A DNA stretch of 64,000 bases, from NCBI RefSeq assembly GCF_009914755.1, contig NC_060937.1; one strand, written 5' to 3'. A model generated the notes under the pieces. That model was given only the letters and a program-made list of their open reading frames with translations, was not told the DNA's origin and did not search any database. This DNA comes from the human T2T-CHM13v2.0 reference genome, Homo sapiens. Made by a program: the position numbers and the translations under genes. This document shows positions 61,323 to 64,000 of the stretch, piece by piece (within the stretch, counting starts at the first letter, position 1; every line of letters begins with the position of its first letter).

Positions 61323-64000
61323 AATATCAAAGTACTCAAACTATATATCATATACTGTACATAAAATATCAAAGTACCCAAACTGTGTATTATTATATAC
61401 TGTATATAAAATATCAAAGTACCTGAAATATATACTGTATACTGTACATAAAATATCAAAGTACCCAAAATATATACTATATACTGTACATAAAATATGA
61501 AGGTACATCAAATATATATTATATCCTGTACATAAAATATCAAAGTACACCTATTATATATTGTGTACTGTACATAATATATTAAATCGCCCAAATATAT
61601 ATTGTATACTGTATATAAAATATGAAGGTACTTCAAATATATATTATATGCTGCACATAAAATATCAAAGTACCCAAAGTATGCATTAAACACTGTACAT
61701 AAAATATCAAAGTACACATATTATCTATTATATAATGTACATAAAATATGAAGGTTCATCAAATATATATTATATTCTGTACATAATATATCAAAGTACA
61801 TCAAATATATATTATATACTGTACATAAAATATCAAAGTACCAAAAATATGTATTATATACTGTACATAAAACATGAAAGTAACCAAACATTTATAATAA
61901 ACTGTACATAAAATATCAAAGTACTCAATCTACATATTATATACAGTATATAAAATATCAAAGTACACAAACTGTATATTATATACCGTACATAATATAT
62001 CAAAGTACCCAGAATATATAGCATACTGTACATAAAATATCAAAGTACCCAAAATGTATATTGTATACTGTACATAAACTATGAAGGTACATCAAAGATA
62101 TATTATATTCTGTACATAAAATATCAAAGTACACCAAATATATATTATATGCTGTACATAATATATTAAAGTTGCCCATATATACATTATATACTGTACA
62201 TAAAATATGAACGTACATCAAATATATAGTATATGCTGCACATAAAATATCAAAGTACCCAAAGTATGTATTATACACTGTACATAAAATATCAAAGTAC
62301 CAAAAGTATATATTACATACTGTAAATAAAATATGAAGGTACCTCAAATATATATTATATTCTGTACATAAAATATCAAAGTACACCAAGTATATACTAT
62401 ATACTCTGCATAAAATATTAAATTACCCAAAATATGTATTGCATTGTGTACATAAAATATGAAAGTAACCAAACATTTATAATAAACTGTACATAAAATA
62501 TCAAAGTACTCAAACTGTATATTATATACTGTACATAAAGTATCAAAGTACCCAAACTGTGTAGTATATACTGTACATAAAATATCAAGGTACCCAAAAT
62601 ATATATTGTAAACTGTAGATAAAATATCAAAGTACCCAAAATATATATTATATACTGTACATAAAATATGAAGGCACATCCAATATATATTATATTCTGT
62701 ACATAATATATCAAAGTACACCAAATGTATATTATATACTGTACATAAAATATCAAAGTACCCAAAGTGTATATTATATACTGTACATAAACTATGAAAG
62801 TTCATCAAATATATTTTATATTCTGCACATAATATATCAAAGTACAGCAAATATATATTATATACTGTACATAAAATATCAAAGTACCCAAAATATGTAT
62901 TATATACTGTACATAAAATATGAAAGTAACCAAACATTTATAATAAACTGTACATAAAATATCAAAGTACTCAAACTGTATATTATATACTCTACATAAA
63001 GTATCAAAGTACCCAAACTGTGTAGTATATACTGTACATAAAATATCAAGGTACCCAAAATATATATTGTAAACTGTAGATAAAATATCAAAGTACCCAA
63101 AATATATATTATATACTGTACATGAAATATGAAGGCCCCTCCAATATATATTATACTCTGTACATAAAATATCAAAGTACACCAAATGTATATTATATAC
63201 TGTACATAAAATATCAAAGTACCCAAAGTGTATATTATATACTGTACATAAACTATGAAGGTTCATCAAATATATTTTATATTCTGCACATAATATATCA
63301 AAGTACAGCAAATATATATTATATACTGTACATAAAATATCAAAGTACCCAAATTATGTATTATATACTGTACATAAAATATGAAAGTAAGCAAACATTT
63401 ATAATAAACTGTACATAAAGTATCAAAGTACTCAAACTACATATTATATACAGTATATAAAATATCAAAGTACCCAAACTGTATATTATATAATGTACAT
63501 AATATATCAAAGTACCCGAATATATAGCATACTCTACATAAAATATCAAAGTACCCAAAGTTTGTATTATACACTGCACATAAAATATGGAGGTACATCA
63601 AAGATATATTATATTCTGTACATAAAATATCAAAGTACACCAAATATATGTTATATGCTGTACATAATATATTAAAGTCGACCAAATATATATTATATAC
63701 TGTACATAAAATATGAAGGTACATCAAATATATATTATATGCTGCACATAAAATATCAAAGTACCCAAAGTATGTGTTATATACTGTACATAAAATATCA
63801 AAGTACCCAAAGTATATATTATATACTGTACATAAAATATAAAATACCCCAAATATATATTATATGCTCTACATAAAATATCAAAGTACACAAAATATGT
63901 ATTATATACTGTACATAAAATACCAAAGGACCCAAAATATATATTATATACTGTACATAAAATATCAAAATACCCAAAATATATATTATATACTGTACAT
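61323..64000 (+). repeat. HOR unit A+461 (partial, truncated by window end)
   Basis: Matches 34696-37373 at offset 26627; GGCCCCTCC marker near 63134. Confidence 0.85.

Larger units (their letters stand above)
1..64000 (+). repeat. Human satellite 1A (HSat1A / satellite I / SAR) array, 42-bp monomer, head-to-tail, single orientation
   Basis: Continuous 42-bp periodicity from base 1 to 64000. The monomer is ACATAAAATATCAAAGT (17 bp) + ACCCAAAATATATATTATATACTGT (25 bp), delimited by two GTAC (RsaI) sites, the classical satellite I structure. About 80% AT, with no CpG in the consensus. Confidence 0.96.

Noticed and set aside
75-63727. Hundreds of Tyr/Ile-rich ORFs of 60-203 aa on both strands
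   Set aside because: 42 bp is 14 codons and the consensus lacks stops in three frames, so repetitive ORFs arise automatically. They overlap in several frames, break at 41-bp monomers and resemble no known domain.
1-64000. CRISPR-like array (constant core with variable intervening sequence)
   Set aside because: The variable parts are diverged copies of the same 25-bp subunit, not unique spacers. There are no cas genes or leader.
1-64000. Alpha satellite, HSat1B, HSat2/3 or CENP-B boxes
   Set aside because: No 171-bp period, no CATTC/GGAAT repeats, no Alu-derived segment and no CENP-B box motif seen.
1-64000. Transposon insertion or strand inversion within the array
   Set aside because: I saw no non-satellite sequence and no switch to the reverse-complement motif (TATTTTATGTACAG) while reading through.
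1-64000. AT-rich microbial, organellar or Plasmodium origin
   Set aside because: The monomer matches the human satellite I 17+25-bp structure and there is no coding content. A closely related ape cannot be excluded from sequence alone.

Overview
The whole 64-kb window is one uninterrupted, single-orientation array of a 42-bp AT-rich tandem repeat (consensus about ATATATTATATACTGTACATAAAATATCAAAGTACCCAAAAT, roughly 1,530 monomers). It matches human satellite 1A (HSat1A / classical satellite I / SAR), which has two RsaI GTAC sites per monomer giving 17+25-bp subunits. I see no genes, RNA genes, transposons or CRISPR arrays, and all ORFs in the track are artefacts of the 14-codon periodicity. 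The information lies in nested structure: a 72-monomer 3,013-bp higher-order unit (type A), a 3,307-bp variant (type B), and derived units of 3,023, 3,471, 3,474, 3,558, 4,142 and 4,362 bp. Above these sits a 34,683-bp macro-repeat whose second copy lacks 8,056 bp, with the breakpoint mappable to 5 bp. Sequence-level observations include a Pumilio response element (UGUANAUA) in most monomers on one strand, UGUA plus AAUAAA 3'-end motifs, and possible template-switch mutation signatures. All spacings were derived by hand from the ORF track and by-eye reading, not by alignment software.
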